The notes under the pieces: generated by a model | Told to the model about the DNA's origin: nothing | What the model saw: only the letters and a program-made list of their open reading frames with translations | Databases searched by the model: none | Program-made: the position numbers and the translations under genes | Assembly: GCA_027925225.1 (NCBI GenBank) | Contig: AP027131.1 | Coordinates: 330,001-362,000 of the forward strand | Reading direction: 5' to 3' | Origin: Candidatus Saccharimonadota bacterium | Lineage (GTDB): Bacteria > Bacillota_I > Bacilli_A > Mycoplasmatales > Hepatoplasmataceae | Length of the DNA: 32,000 bases | Shown here: positions 31,468 through 32,000 of the stretch, one piece after another | How positions within the stretch are numbered: the stretch's first letter is position 1 | How the letters are laid out: the number at the start of each line of letters is the position of its first letter

Positions 31468-32000
31468 CTAAGATTTTCTTATATAAACATTTAAATTATT
31501 TATTTCATTTTTGCTTAAATTATTATCATTTGATAATTTTTTTACTAAAGATCAATTACCATAATTTGGTAAATATTTATCACCAACAATGATACTACCT
31601 ATTGGAAGCATTAAATTATCAACCATAGATACTAATGAATTTATTTGTGTTTGTAAATTAGTAATAATATTATTATTTTTATTTAGGACATCTCTTTTAA
31701 TTTGATTTATTTGTAAATAAAATCTTCTTAAATCTGTTTTATTTAATTTTTCTGCTAAAAGATTATCAACATAAAGTTTAGATGTTATATTTGAATCTGA
31801 TTTTGGTAATAATGCATTACCATTTCCGTCAATAATATCTACTCCTGTTGTTAGAACTCTTAATTCTGCAACATTTCCATTTTTATTATCAAAATTTTTA
31901 ATAAATGGAGAAGCGTCAACATCATTATAACCAAATAATTTCATTTCATCATTTTCATTATTATTTAAAGAAGTAGGAATTACTTCACTATTTATTGATC
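31468..32000 (-). CDS. Fibre-family member, 3' part only (ORF enters from beyond the window end); the C-terminal ~150 aa are homologous to the giant protein C-terminus
   Basis: Track ORF 31552..31944 has no stop upstream of its ATG out to position 32000. Read-through of TGA at 31552 gives ...MLPIGSIIVGDKYLPNYGNWSLVKKLSNDNNLSKNEINNLNVYIRKS then TAG at 31468. It aligns with the giant C-terminus (LRVLTTGVDIIDG / LRILTNGVDIVDE; KLYVDNLL / KIYVDNAL). Confidence 0.75.

Noticed and set aside
22599-32000. Calling the region a prophage because of the tail-fibre-like features
   Set aside because: No capsid, portal, terminase, tail tube or sheath, baseplate, lysis or integrase genes and no att-like repeats are visible in the window. 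The flanks are ordinary chromosomal genes. Only a fibre-like gene family can be supported.

Overview
Extremely AT-rich window (about 20-25% GC by eye) that must be read with genetic code 4 (TGA=Trp). HrcA, GrpE, Fmt, an APC permease, a DUF2779 protein and even an rpoB fragment (conserved Trp of the F-M-T-W-x-G-Y-N motif) are continuous only if TGA is read through. The supplied standard-code ORF track is therefore fragmented, and I re-joined the pieces by hand. This indicates a Mollicutes-type genome; the exact taxon cannot be determined from the sequence alone.

The centre (6.9-22 kb) is housekeeping:
- two CIRCE-like operators, then hrcA-grpE-dnaK-(nitroreductase)-dnaJ-like
- a small hypothetical gene
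- two Asn/Tyr-rich bitopic surface proteins
- DUF2779 overlapping fmt
- holA and rpsT, convergent
- an APC permease

Both flanks are accessory and carry the main discovery, a multigene family of fibre-like proteins without export signals. All members end in the same cassette: a coiled coil followed by L-P-[IV]-G-[ST]-[IV]-I...P-x-[YF]-G-x-W(TGA). Members:
- three small tandem genes at 1-2273
- a giant gene of about 8.5 kb (22599-31115, minus strand; conceptual 2838 codons). It is built from four ~365-aa head modules, 12 stalk repeats of the NPxxGINPYLxQ type, and a C-terminus reminiscent of phage tail fibres
- a further member running off the window end (31468->32000)

The giant ORF is interrupted near its 3' end by two compensating 1-nt indels (a T6/A6 tract at 23517-23522 and a deletion near 23460). 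This could be decay, phase variation or sequencing error.

Other notable items: four tandem paralogous polytopic membrane-protein genes (3085-6879), a degraded rpoB fragment (22095-22500), and a Cys-free (zinc-finger-less) DnaJ. No rRNA, tRNA, CRISPR, transposase or integrase was recognised.
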